The notes: generated from the letters alone by a model not told the origin. Positions 25,599 through 39,534 are shown, counted from the first letter of the whole stretch. The stretch is 63,746 nucleotides of DNA, filler included, from Rhabdomonas costata (GCA_019059605.1; 41 parts of 41 records of this genome joined end to end with filler, not necessarily neighbours in it), one strand, 5' to 3'. Translations and numbers: made by a program.

Positions 25599-26698
25599 CT
25601 GCACTTGAGGTGAAGAAAAAGAAATCAAGGCAACCGGCTCCTTTCGTTGTAAGCTCTCCTCCGGAGAGATTGCTCGTCAAGCGTCATCAAACGCAACCCA
25701 CAACACCCCCGTGCAAAAGGAAGGCATCAGCATAATGACTATTGGCGAATCATCGAAACTCGTTTTTCCATCAATAGTCGTCAGTCTTTCTCCATCTCAA
25801 CACGGAAAACGACACGAAACTCTCCAAATCCAGAAGGTTGGGGCGTTGAAAATTGCGGCTGCGGCGCTTTGGCCGAAGGGAAAAGTTGTAATCACCAGCT
25901 ACGCCCCCCCCCCCCGTGAAAAATGTACAGCAACCAACTGGTTTCACAGAATTGATGGAATTCGGGACAAACTTTTAGCAAATAGTGTACCTTTCGCTTC
26001 CGAGGGGACCTAAAACTTATGCCTTGACGGAAAGAATAAAAAAATTGCTGTAACTCAAAAAGGTTGCGACATACTGCCTTCACAGAAGAAGAAGAAGAAG
26101 AGAAGCAGACACCAACCCTCTCACTCCCATTCCGGTCCCAGTCACACTGCCTTGCTGAAACCGCTGATAAAAAGAAGAAAGTACACAAATTGGCAACCCC
26201 TGTCGAACGGGGAGGACGGGAGGAGGACAGGAGCCCATGATTTTCTCCACAACTCAGCAGTGATGCGGCTCTCCTCACTCCGCGCTCTCACCCAAAAGTT
26301 CTCTCACGGAACCGTGGGACTCGCTGGACTCCGTATAATTTTGCCAGAGAGGCATCCACATAAAAAAGGCATCAACACAAAANNNNNNNNNNNNNNNNNN
26401 NNNNNNNNNNNNNNNNNNNNNNNNNNTTAATTAATTAANNNNNNNNNNNNNNNNNNNNNNNNNNNNNNNNNNNNNNNNNNNNGGGTGTGGGAGATCTTTC
26501 AGCCAGGGGTCTCCTCTCGGCCTCCTCTCCACTGGGCGGAGTACTTTGAGAAGTCTCACGGACGCACTTGACTGGGGGTTTTACGCGGCTGCAACTTTTT
26601 TGCGCTCTTTTCACGCACACAGGCACATGCCGTATACAGTAAATGTTCTCTTAGAAGCTCGGGCTGCTGTGTGTGGGGGGGGTAGGTTCGACCCCCCG

Positions 26699-26750
26699 GG
26701 CTACTGTTCGAGCACAGGCTACTGTTCGAGCACAGGCTACTATTCGAGCA
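26699..26750 (+). repeat. 18-bp tandem repeat, about 3 units
   Basis: GGCTACTGTTCGAGCACA units, with related GGGCTACTA motifs at ~26982 and ~27017. Confidence 0.85.
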
Positions 26751-28755
26751 AAAACTGCTGCGGGTCAAGAAAACATTCCTCCCTCCACTCTCCTGGTTTT
26801 CAGCACCGAGATTTTTCTTCCTACGACGAGTCAGACGCTATATTGCCCTATGCGACTTTCCCTATGCTACAAACTCCTGGTTCTGAGAGGAACTGATGCA
26901 GCGTTTTCTTGACGAAATTGTTGAAGAAAGCAAAGCAGTACAAGAAGACAATAGCTGCACAGGCGAAGAAAATGACGGCCCGGGCTACTATGTTTTTGGG
27001 GTGTGTCGGCCCCCACGGGCTACTATTCGAGCATGAACTACTATTCCAGCCCGGGCTAAATACGGTTTACACACGAGTGCGAACCCCAGTGATGAGCTGG
27101 TTGTAGGCTTGCAGGGTTTTCCCCGGGTCCTCGGCAATCAGGGCGGAAAATCCACGCAGCCTCATCACCAGCATGGTCACCTGAGAAAGCCGGAGCGGGA
27201 GCGAGAGCAAGATGCACAAGAAACGTCCAGGTTGATCCGGCACACAGGCTATCGCACGCGGGGACTTTCATTTAAATATAGCGACACAGTCTGATGTTTG
27301 TGGCAGCGAGGGTCCGCCCCTAGTCATTACGTCGCTTCAACGTGCCGAACCAGGCCATATGACCGCAGAGCAACTTAGGAGGGAATCCAGATTCGCTTCC
27401 AGATGAATGAGTCGTCGTCACTCTTGCCTTGCAGCCTTATTCATGTTAGTAGTACTGCTAGACAAAACGTCGGGGAAGGGAAAAACGTTCTTTGAACCTA
27501 TGATCCAAACACCTGAGTGCTACATTTCAATTACATTTCCGTTACAGAAACAAAACAAGACAAAGGAAGCCGGGAAGGGGTCACAAACCGGCCGCTTGAC
27601 AAGCTCCACACAACCCACGGGCCGCGGAGACTGCGAGGTGCCCGTGCCCATCATGAGGCACCTCCGAAACCCATCCTGCGAGCTCGAGGGAACGCGGCCA
27701 ACCTCAGGGTCCGAGACAGTCCTCGAGTTTAAGCGCCCAAACCGCTGTGGGAAGAAAATAAAAGGAATCTCAAACGTGACTGCGTACGACATCGATCCGG
27801 CTTTCCCAAGTTGGCCTTACAACGTAACCCCGGAAAGCATTCAGGTTCTAAGGTTCTTGATGTGAAGTGCCTTCTCAGAGAATGCTGAGTCGGTATAGAG
27901 GTCAGCCGTCCCTGAGAAGGTCGGAGCAGCAAAAACAACCNNNNNNNNNNNNNNNNNNNNNNNNNNNNNNNNNNNNNNNNNNNNTTAATTAATTAANNNN
28001 NNNNNNNNNNNNNNNNNNNNNNNNNNNNNNNNNNNNNNNNGGGGGTGGTGTCGCATAAAGAACTCCCAAGCATGACATGGGAGTTCTTTATGCGACACCA
28101 CACTCTGGATCTGCAACTGTCATTCTGTGTGTAGTTTTCAGAACATAAAGTATTTGCTGGACGCTTACGACCGTCACTATCCGGTCCCCGGATCCACACC
28201 CATTGCAAGTCTCCCTCCTCTTGGATGTGGTAATATGCTTTACTGTTCGCTACACAGGATACTATTGTTTGTGCGATAATTGCAAACTCAGAAGCAACAT
28301 CCGTCAACACCATTACCCTGGATCGCAAAATCACAGAGCGTTTTTGTTTGGTTTTTAGTGAATGGAACGCAAGGGCGGCAAATTTCGTATCATATGTAGA
28401 GGATGCCTAGCATCTAATCAGCAATGGTGAACCTGGTGGAGCTTTAGCCGTTTCTGAATGATTCGACCGCACCGTATCGAAGGCAGGTGTGAGGGCGGCC
28501 GAACAGTAATGGCGACGACTGGTGGATCTCTGGCCATGGTGAAGCTTTGCTTAGGTCTGGCCTCCTTGGGAAAGTTTAGGCACCTTTCAAATTTAGTCCC
28601 TAAATGCGTGGCTCGAAGTCAACGAAAATATGCGCTGTAGGGGCGCGCAGTATCGGCAGGTTCTTTGGCCGCAACTACGATTATCTTCATGGCGTTTGAC
28701 CTGGGAACGAGTGGGCCAACACATTCCCCAGCCATCTGTGTGTGTTTTTGTGCAG

Positions 28756-29445
28756 CTACATCCAGCTCCTGAGCTTTGCGGTGCACCTGTTCATGTTCGT
28801 CTTCATGTGCCAAACCGCGGGGCAGGTCAACGCGGCCATCAATAACTCGTCCTATGGCAGCACCATTCGGTCGGGCAACGTCCTGTGGGGTTACGTCCAG
28901 CTCCTGATCCTTGTCACGGTGCGCTGTGGATGTCCACTCAATCCTCCTGATTTCATGGCATCACGGAGTGAAGCTCATTTGCCTGGCAGCCCAACAACCC
29001 CCACCTGTAATATGGCGTGCAGAGCAAGTTGTTCTCTATTTTGGTCATTGGCCACGGGGCACTAGGCACTGGGACGTCGGCATATTATCTCTCTGTGTGT
29101 ATGCAGTTTATCGGTCAAAACGCACAAACGTTTTCGCATTCGTCCTATGAACCTGTGAATTCTGAGGCACGTTAACCGGAGTTAGTCCCCTGGACCCCAC
29201 TTTCACAAGCCTCGCAGTGTGCACCACCTTCCCTTCTGTTGAATTAGCCTGTCCTCGAAAGAGGAGGGGTGTGGGCTGAGACGATGTGTGTGCGCAGGTT
29301 TTCGAGGGCCTTTTGGTTCTAAACTGCCTGTTGGAGAACCCTCTGGACCCTAGCCGCGAGGCCAGCTACCCCGCTAGAAAGTACGCCGCGGACCTGCTGT
29401 CCTCGACCGCAGCAGTGCTTCGGGAGGGCGCCGCACAGCCCGCCC
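28756..29445 (+). CDS. Bestrophin-like channel, partial (exons 28756-28918, 29298-~29445)
   Basis: YIQLLSFAVHLFMFVFMCQ..VLWGYVQLLILVT/VFEGLLVLNCLLENPLD resembles bestrophin YxQxxxxAV and FxGxLxxxxxLxNP. Confidence 0.65.
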
Positions 29446-30302
29446 GTGAGCCTCCCTCCGCCTTCCGTCGGCTGGCCTTCCCCACCCTCCCACACACANN
29501 NNNNNNNNNNNNNNNNNNNNNNNNNNNNNNNNNNNNNNNNNNTTAATTAATTAANNNNNNNNNNNNNNNNNNNNNNNNNNNNNNNNNNNNNNNNNNNNTG
29601 CTGTAGTGTGTGGGATGGTGGTGTTGAGTTGGAGGGGCTGTGCGTTTCAGGGTGTCGATGGAGAACAGCCAGGAAGGGTTGCTGCTCGTCAGCTATGTTT
29701 GTGTGTGGGGGATTGGGTTCGCGCTAGTGGACAATTTTCTCTCTTCCGACGGATCATCGTGTCATCATGTCGGCTGGTGCCGCTGCACCAATGTCCGAAA
29801 TTCACTTTTGTTTGTAGATCTCCTCTTTACTAGACATCATTTCTCTCCAGTGTAAATGGTACTGATTTTTTATGACCACCACCCGTTCTGCTTTTTGTGC
29901 CCCGTTCGTCGCAATTGTGCTGATGTGCGTTGAGCCGCTTGTGCGTTGGGCGATGAGGACACCCGCCAATTACTCCCAATGTCCCACAGATTTTTTTGTG
30001 CGTGTCGGGCGCACAGCGCATTGGAGTTTGCCTTGCTAGCTGATGGTGACCGCTGTTGACTGACAAACATTCCCCGCTGTTGTGTACATCGCGCGTACCG
30101 GAGAAAAGTTGCCCTCGCCAAGAGCACGAAGTTTGCACCACGCTAGTTATAAAAAGTGATAGAGAGACTGGCAGAATCATCAGCGAGCAAGTTCGTGGGG
30201 CAAAAGATAGTGTGATGCCACTGCTGCCTCACTGAGTTAGTGATGTACGGGGAGAAAGGTGGAAGCAAAAATCGGCCGCAACAAAAGCCCCAGTCGTCCC
30301 AC

Positions 30303-30566
30303 CTGTCTCACAACAGGGAGCACAGGGGCCAGCCGCTCCTGCTCCTGGGCCTCCGTGAGTGCCGTTGACCCCGGCGCAGTGCTCTCCGCACCGATGTCCA
30401 CCACGTCGGCACCAGCCTCAAACAGCGCCTGCAGAGCACCCCGCAGTGCATTAGTGGTAACCACCGTCTGATAGGCACTTCCGGTCCGCTCTGCGAGCCA
30501 ACCGTCCCCCGAGAAGCTGTCCGGGGTCATGTTGAGCACCCCAACAACCTTGACATCCCGACTCAT
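30303..30566 (-). CDS. folP: Dihydropteroate synthase, N-terminal exon
   Basis: MSRDVKVVGVLNMTPDSFSGDG..AGADVVDIGAESTAPGS..EQERLAPVL, followed by a CAG/GTGGGA donor. Confidence 0.92.
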
Positions 30567-33100
30567 TCCCGCGCCGCCCCAGATGCGCTCACCAGGAGAA
30601 CAATTCAAGTAGGGCACGAAAAAGTGCTGCTTGGAGAAAGAAGACGAAATACATTTGTGAAAAAACTGAATCGCAGGGATTTTCCGCAGCGGTGCTCAGC
30701 CAGCAATTCCTATTCATATCGTTAAAACCTATCGAGAAAATAAGATGAGATCTCAGCGTTATTTCTGCGGATCGCAATGGTTGGTAAGGTCGGCAATCCA
30801 GCGCGACACTGGGCCAACTTGGCCACCGCACCCACAACGTAGTAATCAGCGGTTCGGAGTTCATACTGACAATGCACGAAGGAGGGGAATTCGCGCTTTT
30901 GGCACCTTTGTTTGCAGGAGCAACTGAGCCCTCAGAACAAAAATACCGAGCTCACCTTTCACGTTCGATACTCAGACGTAGACAAGGCTACGAGTATCGA
31001 ACGTGAAAGGTGAGCTCGGTATTTTTGTTCTGAGGGCTCAGTTGCTCCCACAAACANNNNNNNNNNNNNNNNNNNNNNNNNNNNNNNNNNNNNNNNNNNN
31101 TTAATTAATTAANNNNNNNNNNNNNNNNNNNNNNNNNNNNNNNNNNNNNNNNNNNNTTCAATACGCAGTGCATCGTTTGCATCTATCATCAATAATAGTT
31201 CTTTAGGATGCTCCGCGTCAGGTCAAAAGTGAGAACTCAGTCTAAGCCCTAAACATGCATGGAGAAACGCCCTTTTGGAGGTGTTAGGCAGCGAAAAAGC
31301 GTGGGTTTTAGATCCCTTTTCGAGCCCGAAATCGTAAACTTTACGTACAGCGAGCAAAAATCTCTCTTTTGAGGTGACGCGGGCTATACAAATAAAAGGT
31401 TCATTTGGTGTTAGCGGGTCAAAAAAAAAGGGTAGCATCGGGAGGGCGTTTTAGGCTGTTACAAAACTGTCCACGTCTTCTCCAATCCATGGCGATTGGT
31501 TGTTTTCTTGCCGTCAACACCTTCAGAGAGTGCGTCCCGAGGCAGCCGCAGCGCGTCTTCTTCAGAGTACTCTCCTCACCGTCCAGCTGAGGCAGCCATG
31601 AGGCGCAGGACAAGCCGGAACCGAGGCGGCAGCGATGGTAGCCCCCCATCCACCTACTGGGAGGACAGTGAACGAGGGAGATTGTATCCGGAGCCGCATG
31701 GGTACGTGACACAGTCGCGGAGGTACATGCCGCGGGGCTACTGCTCGGCCCCGCAAGTACCGAGGACACCACCATCGCTGCCGTGGAATAGTTCTGGGCA
31801 CGGGATCGTTGATGGGGTTGCCCGGGGCAAGGTGGGCCATTACAGGTGTTGGTGGCGTGGGCGGTGACCTCGACAACACCGAGAGCGGTATTTGGCCAAT
31901 GGTACAGTTATATGCTGCTTTCTTCAGAAGAAGACGAGAAGTGGTTGCTCGTGTTCGGGAAGAATGCGCCTGAGCCAATCGATCAGACGTCACGCTACAT
32001 GATATGTATGGACCGTTTCACCTCCATGATGAAGCACCTCAAGTACGCTACACCGTAAACTGCAGCTCGTCAATGCTGGGAGAGCCCCAACAGGGCTGAT
32101 GGTCGGCTTGTTTTGCTTCTGGCACAGGGTTTTCCGTTTTTTATCTGTCCCCTCCCCTTCTTCCCCTCCGTTCCCGCGAATTCGGACAACTATGCTGGCT
32201 CCGGGTTCCGCTGCAGTGAAGGAAGAGCCAATGGACGACACGGGTATGTTATGCATGTTATACCATACCACGACTGCTCCTGGGGTATTTTTCTGCAATG
32301 TCATGCCTCACGCCTGAATGCTGCAAAAAAAAAAAGTCGACTGCATGAACATGTGTGGCCGTGATATCACCTTGACCGGTTTCTGGTTCCTGTTCAGAAT
32401 ATCTGCGATTATGTTGACATCGAAGTACGGTGGGTGTGGTGAATCAGTTAGTCTGAATCACCTTGAACCAAGGGATACCGCCATACTGAAGGCAGTATAG
32501 GTAGTCACACAACAAATAACTGTGCCGTAAAAGGTATGTGTCAGGCGTTTTTCGGGGCGTGACCATCGAGATGCACAAACAAAAGGCAGTGAGGCGACGC
32601 TTGGCCCCCACCACNNNNNNNNNNNNNNNNNNNNNNNNNNNNNNNNNNNNNNNNNNNNTTAATTAATTAANNNNNNNNNNNNNNNNNNNNNNNNNNNNNN
32701 NNNNNNNNNNNNNNGTTTTGGGGGGGGGGGTGCTTTCAGACACAAAATTTGACGAAGTAATCATCTTCATTCTCAGTTTGTTGCGACGTGTACATATTTG
32801 CGAGCTGCAGCTGCTGCTTTGTTTTGCAGCTTTGTCTTTCAGTCCTGCCGCGCTTTGCAAGCAGTGCAAGCAAGGCGCGTTTCCCATTTTTGACAAAACA
32901 CCAGAGAGAGATGAAAGCTCCAATTCTGAAATGAAAAAGGTCAAGGTCAAGTCCTTCATCTTGAGCCGCCGCTTTGGGGGTTTATTGAGTTGCAGGTTGA
33001 ACCCCATTCCCCTTTGTGCGGCCATGGCGCAATAATTACCTCCGGAGGGTACGTTGTTTTCTCTTTTTTGTGTGTGAGGTGTCTTCTCTTGCGGTCATAG

Positions 33101-34172
33101 GTCCTGACCCTAGCAAGCTGAAGCCAAACTCTTACCTGGATCCCACATTCAACTCCTATCATGCCGCGGTGTCTGCGCGGAATCCCTCGGAGGCCGCGAC
33201 GGAGCGCTATGCGGGTCACGCCGATGAGTACCTCAAGAGGACCCTCAGGAATGACTTCTCGCTGGCCGCCACAAACTTTGTGCAGAACTTTCCGGAGCCC
33301 CTGGATCCCCCACAGGGTTCTGTGCGTCCTTTTCTGTCGCTTTACTTTGCTCTGAAATTTGCCGTGTTGAAATGGGCAATTAGAAATCGCCTTATGTTGT
33401 TTTGGATTCTGCACAGGCGCTGTCAAAACCGTGAGCCACGTAGCCGGTCAAAACGTGCTTCTGTGACCTCATTTTTGATTTCTATATCTTTTCTTTTCTT
33501 TTTTCTTTGCTGCAGTTGAGAGAAGGATGATCTGGGTTTGGTTGGGTGGGGAGAGCGGTGGGTTCCTAATGGGCAAGTCCGGCACGCCGAGCCCCACGAG
33601 CTGCAGAGGGTGGAGGAGAGCATTGAGGCGCTGAAGCTGGCTTCTGAAGTCCTGCGCAACAACAAGGAGACCTTCAGCACCTTTCTGCACAGGTTTGCTA
33701 GGGTTCTGACGGTCCGACGCGGCGTTTCCAGTCGCATGGAAATTGGGCATTCATTCATATGGGCGGCAGCGTCCTTTTTACATTGGACTTGCCCAGACAA
33801 AAGCGACAGTGAAGAAGCCACGTACCTGAACCTGCTGAAAGAAGGGACGGAGGACGGCAAATGGTTGGAAGGTATTGGGTCCTTTCCCCTGGTGCACGTG
33901 TTTAGGGGAGCACCGCACTTTTGTATGAAATTGCTTTTCTATGTGAGTCTTGCATTTTTTAACTGCAAATTATTGACTTTTAGCTTTCATCGACCCCTCG
34001 TTTTGCATTCGAGATGGCACTGCCTTTCATATGGGGGGTGACTTTTTCGAAGCGGGAGGAGGTGGCTGGTGCCCCTGCTCAGGGAGTTCGCTCGGACCCC
34101 GGTCGCCACCCCAGAGGACGCCGCCGTCACTTTGCTGCGGTGCCTGGACAACCGGGAGCTGCTGCCCTCCCG
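33101..34172 (+). CDS. Partial multi-exon hypothetical protein
   Basis: GC3-rich exons PDPSKLKPNSYLDPTFNSYHAAVSAR..FPEPLDPPQ and VRHAEPHELQRVEESIEALKLASEVLRNNKETFSTFLH, separated by T-rich introns. Confidence 0.55.
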
Positions 34173-37100
34173 NNNNNNNNNNNNNNNNNNNNNNNNNNNN
34201 NNNNNNNNNNNNNNNNTTAATTAATTAANNNNNNNNNNNNNNNNNNNNNNNNNNNNNNNNNNNNNNNNNNNNGTTGTGGTGTTTGTGTGTCATGTGCTTT
34301 TGGGTTGCGAGCGTTGTTTTATGTTTTATGTTAGTTTCTTTTCCAACCTCGGGCACGTTTCCTGCGCCCAGCATGGTTCATGCCGATTTGTTTAGCCCGG
34401 CAACATTCCGTTTTTTTGCCATTGGGGTGGAGTACGCATCGCTGCTGGGCCTGTGGGCGGGTTTGTCAAAAACAATGTATTGGAAGCGTCTAATTGGTTC
34501 TCTTGAATCAAGAGCAAGTGCCACCGTGGGCAAAGCAACATTACTGGCAGCAAGCGCGGCCACGCAAACGTTGCCCGACCTTTTCCGTCGTTGCCCCTGT
34601 CGCACTGGGAAGCCCAGAATGAGGGGAGCGCCGTATATTTTCTTTTCTTTTCTTTTTAGGCACCGGAGAGCAATGTCTTGGCGCCCGCTGCTCTACCCAA
34701 CGGCCCTCCTGGGGTTGTCAGCGCTTTTCTGCCGTGGCAGCGGCTGGTCCCTCGCAGGCTGTTTCCGGCGCCGGCGGTGCGTTTCTTTTTTTTTGTTATC
34801 CTTCTTACGGATGGACGGAGTCTTCGAAGTGGTGTCGGTTGTACCTGGTGCCCAGTTCAACCATATGGTGCTTTTTGAAACATACACTTTTGCTCCATGT
34901 TCGTCCGCAGTAATACTTCTCTCTTTCTCCCTATCTCTCTCTCTCTCTGCGCTGGTCCTTCCACCGCTCCATCAGTTAGCGCTGTTCATGCAGAAGTGTT
35001 TGTCCGCTGTTTTTGTATTTGCACATGACCACCCTCAAAGCGTGATGTTCTCCCGTATTGTTTCCACTTTGTATCTGTGATTCGGCGGCGGTGAACTGCG
35101 ATCTTGCTCATGCCTTTTGTTTCTCCATTGTCCATATTTTCGCAGGATGGGGAGAGCACCTTGGATCCGTTCCAGCTTTAGCGAGCTAAAGCGGACAGTG
35201 ACTATGCTATCGACTGTGACTTTGTATATACTTAACTTCCAAGGATTTTGTGTTTATACATTTAATTCCCAACAGTATTGGTGTGGACTGCGGCGGAAGG
35301 GCAGATGTTTGGTGAATATACTTTTTGTCCCCGGGTGGAAGCCTTTCTGGACACATTTTTTTGTTTTCCTCTTCGCTTGTGCCATGTTACGGGTTCGTTC
35401 GTATGGCATTACCATTGCGAGCGGTGTGTATATCAGAGCTGACCATACATGGGGCGACCATTCTTAAAGTCAGGGCCGTGGTTGAAAAAGGGAGAAGGCT
35501 GGTCACTTTCAGGCTCTGTTGGCCCCCCCCCCCTTTGTAGTCCCATTGCCTCTTCCTTTGGTTTGGTCAGGCATCATGCTTCGTTACCCTCCCTCCGCCA
35601 TCATCATTGTGCGTAAGTGCATACTCAGAGGCCTTTGCCCTTGTGTGACCCTCTCTGCTTCCGGAGAAAGGCTGGTGTACGGGTGGAGGGGATGGAGGCG
35701 TCCTCGGGTTTTCCTCCATACCCACCCCACNNNNNNNNNNNNNNNNNNNNNNNNNNNNNNNNNNNNNNNNNNNNTTAATTAATTAANNNNNNNNNNNNNN
35801 NNNNNNNNNNNNNNNNNNNNNNNNNNNNNNGAAAACGATTGAGTGGTGAAGCTTTCGAAGTTTTCGATAAAAGTCAAAGCACAGATAAAAGAGCTGTGAT
35901 AACCCAAGGGGAGATGGGGGGGGGAACGAAGTTGCGTTCAGATATTCCTCCTGAATCTTCAGCGCTGCAACCCTATCAAAAAACCCGGATCCAGCATTGC
36001 GCCTTGTTATACTGAGCCCACGAGATGCTGGAAATCCGATGTTGCGCACGCCGAGTGCGGGTTATTAAGCACACCTGCCGAAGCTGAAAGAATGGGAACA
36101 TTAAAAGGACTCTTCATCCACTTCATCCACTTCATCCACTTCCACGAAAGTTGGAGGATCCCTGCATCTAACCACGGTTCCGTAAGCGGCGCCGGTGATG
36201 TGGCCAGATGGGCTCACTATTGCACTGTTGCAGAATTCAGAGGGAAACGTGATTAAAAGTTCACGTTCCCCGTTCCCATGACAAGCATCGGACAGACGGA
36301 AGGGGAGCCCCCCGCGGGCCCAAGCAGGTCAGGGCGTTGGTAGTATGCGTAGCATTACACCTCTCTCCCAAAAGCTCAAAGTCAAACGAAGTCAACGACG
36401 GCAATTCCACACACAGACAGAGCAATGGTACGGACGCAGTGACTGCGCTGGGAAGCAGCGAGAGAAGTCAGCTTCCCAGCAGTCGCAAGAAAGAGAGATA
36501 GAGAGAGAAAGAAAAACCGAACCCGAAACAATGCAAAGCAGACGTACACGCGCTACACCTCACACACCGACGCGATGTCCCGGCATCTCACCGAAGGAGA
36601 CATTGTGCAGAGAGAGAATTATCGAAGGCATGAAAAGAGCCGCTAAAGGAAAGGACACTACCTGCTGCAGTAAACTGAAAAGCACTGGGACGGTATCGAG
36701 TTGATGTCATCCTTCTGTCTACTAGGCAAGAATCCTGAATTCTGCTCAGAACAAGGGGCGATGCTCGGCGGGTCCGTGGGCGTAGAAGCAGCTTTGCCCC
36801 CGCGCGCAATTAGGGTAGAACCTGCACAGCGTTCCGGGATTCCTGCAATCAGAAGCCCAAAAGAATGTACAAAACTTGGACAAGATCCCCAAATGCTGAG
36901 CTTCTGAATGTGTCCAGCGACCCGAAGACTGTGGCAATCATTCTCAAGGAAAATACCAAGCGAAGGACTGCCATGGACAAGGAGCAATGGGCAAAGTTGG
37001 AGGCTCCCAGCAATCACAAAACCTGGCAGTACAGCGTAAGGATGGGACAATGCAAAAGAAGCTGTTGTATTTTTTTTTTATTTTTTTTAGGGAGCAGTAG

Positions 37101-38027
37101 AACAAACTTGACCCCATTTCGCTAAGCCCCGTGCCGAGAAAATGACTTTTTTGAGGAATTTTTTTTTCGCGTTTAACGCCGTTAAACAGCAAAAGTCAAA
37201 GCAAAAGTTCCTCAAAAAAGTCATTTTCTCGGCACGGGGCTTAGCGAAATGGGGTCAAGTTTGTTCTACTGCTCCCCCAAAACNNNNNNNNNNNNNNNNN
37301 NNNNNNNNNNNNNNNNNNNNNNNNNNNTTAATTAATTAANNNNNNNNNNNNNNNNNNNNNNNNNNNNNNNNNNNNNNNNNNNNGGGGTGGTGGTGGAGAA
37401 GCTCGCGGAAACAAGCGGGGGTCGCTGAGGCGTCGACTGCAGTCATCAAAGTGTCAACAGGAAGAGAAACGCGGACCACTCACAGATAAGAAGCAGAGGA
37501 AACAGAAAAGATAAAGGGAAGACCAAGAGGCCCACACAAGTCCCTTTTCTTTTTGCCTTGCGAGGGGAGAGAAGTGAATTTCAACCAACCATGCGGTGCT
37601 TCGGGAATTTCTGTGCTGGCGGGCGATGCCTCTTACCCGCAGCACCCGTGAGCTTTGAGGGGGCGACATGTGTTCGACCGTGTTGGACTGGGGGGTTAAA
37701 AACATTGTTCTGACATCCTGGAAAGAAAGCGCGCTTGAGAAATGAGAATGGGAGGATGTGGTTATTCCGAAACGGAAAGCTAACTACAGGCAGGAAAGAT
37801 GTAACACCCTCTGTAAAACGACATACGAATGCGCACACGCAGTTCCCAGGAAATTAATGACGAAGTGGGTGCAAATTTCTCCATTGCACATAAACAAAAC
37901 AAAAATTCCAAGTTAGTATTGCACTGACTGCAGCTTCTAAACATACCAGCTCACTTTTATTCTCTGTTGGTTTCCTCACAAGACTCGGGAGACGGAATCC
38001 AGAAATTTGGCCCTTCCCGAGACACAC

Positions 38028-38306
38028 CGGCGCAGGGGGCGGGTCTTGTTGCTCCGACAAGGACGGCGAGATCGAGGCGGAGAGGAACAATCGCACCACC
38101 GGCGAGGGGTCTGTGCCCTGCCGGGATACCCACAGCAGCAGCTGGGCCCAGTCCGCGGGGTTGCGGAGGGAGATCCGGTCGCCGTCCCCGTCGGCCCATT
38201 TTAGGGAGAAGGATGTCCCCTGGGAGGCGCCCAGGTCCATGTTCGCGGCAATTTGCCGCTGCAACTCTGGGAAACTCAACGTGGTGGGAATGCTCATCAT
38301 TACCGC
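38028..38306 (-). CDS. PB1-domain protein exon
   Basis: LSFPELQRQIA..FSLKWADGDGDRISLRNPADW..VVRLFL contains the PB1 OPCA acidic motif. The 279-nt exon is bounded by CAG/GTGTGT. Confidence 0.85.
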
Positions 38307-39366
38307 CTGAACAGGAGGACACCCAGAGGAAGAAAAAGCTGAAAAAAAACGACAAGGAGGAAAACAGATACACAACACAGCACACAGACGAAAACACGTC
38401 GAGGCAAGCATACCACAAAAAAAACCAACCGTGGATCAGTAACGGACAACAATTACAGAAAATATGGGGTATGAATCAGAAGGCCACTTAAGGGCCGGGC
38501 GTGCAGGCAACGGCCACGCCCTCCCAAACAAAAAGGTCTTGCAGTCCTGCGGGCTGCGCTGAGGTCTACAGCCTGTCGTCCTTACCCAACACCGCAACAG
38601 CAGAGGGCCAATTGCAAACCCTCAACCCTCAACCCTCGTATGTGGCGGGGTTGGCGCGCCCTGTTGGTCTCTGCATTGCACCTTTGCAGGAACACACTGA
38701 TTACGCACCTGGGTTGGGCTGACCACTTTGCAGGAGATTACGCTCGGAAGCCGCAAGCCCGCAGCCTGCACAGAGGCCCCCACCGAAGAGTCCGGAGTGG
38801 ACGGATTCGATGGCAGCCGCCTTTCCGCAACTTCCACAACNNNNNNNNNNNNNNNNNNNNNNNNNNNNNNNNNNNNNNNNNNNNTTAATTAATTAANNNN
38901 NNNNNNNNNNNNNNNNNNNNNNNNNNNNNNNNNNNNNNNNTGTTGGAAGAGATGGGGAGACGTCTCCCAGCCCTGCGCTCTTTCCCTAAAAAGGAAACAC
39001 TTCTGAAAGGAGCATTCACAAGCATGCCATCAGTGCTAGCCGGGGCGGGGTGGTGTGCCGTTTCGCGTCAACCATGGTTTTGGGTGGGGGAGGACGCTCC
39101 CCCCATTCTGCCTGTTAATCCGATCAAAATATGATCCTAAGCAATGCGACTGATGATGCAGCAAGCAGGAGCATTGAAAACCACACCCCTCTCTGCGACA
39201 ACACCGCAACTTGTTCGACGACAAACACCATCATCACCACGATTGACATAAACGTTGCACCTGCAAAGCAGTGACAAGCGACATGCTACCACATCACAGA
39301 AACAGTGTACGTCTACGACTCCACTCCACTGCCCTCCCGGAGGATCAGTCACTTTTACGCCATCAC

Positions 39367-39534
39367 CGTCAGCGGGTGCGCGCACTTTGGGTCCATTGCG
39401 CTGGCCGCCGCCGCCGCGAACACGGCGATGAAGCTGCGCACGCGCTGCTTGAAGGGGATCCACGGGTGAGGGTACCGGAACCCCGCAAAGCACGCCAGGC
39501 AGGCCAGGAACTCCGAGTAGTTCAGCAGTGCAAA
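39367..39534 (-). CDS. Exon of a hypothetical protein
   Basis: GC3-rich block after a CAG acceptor: FALLNYSEFLACLACFAGFRYPHPWIPFKQRVRSFIAVF. Confidence 0.5.

Noticed and set aside
33101-33320. Ku80-like similarity of LKPNSYLDPTFNSYHAAVSAR
   Set aside because: A weak single-motif resemblance that the downstream exons do not support.
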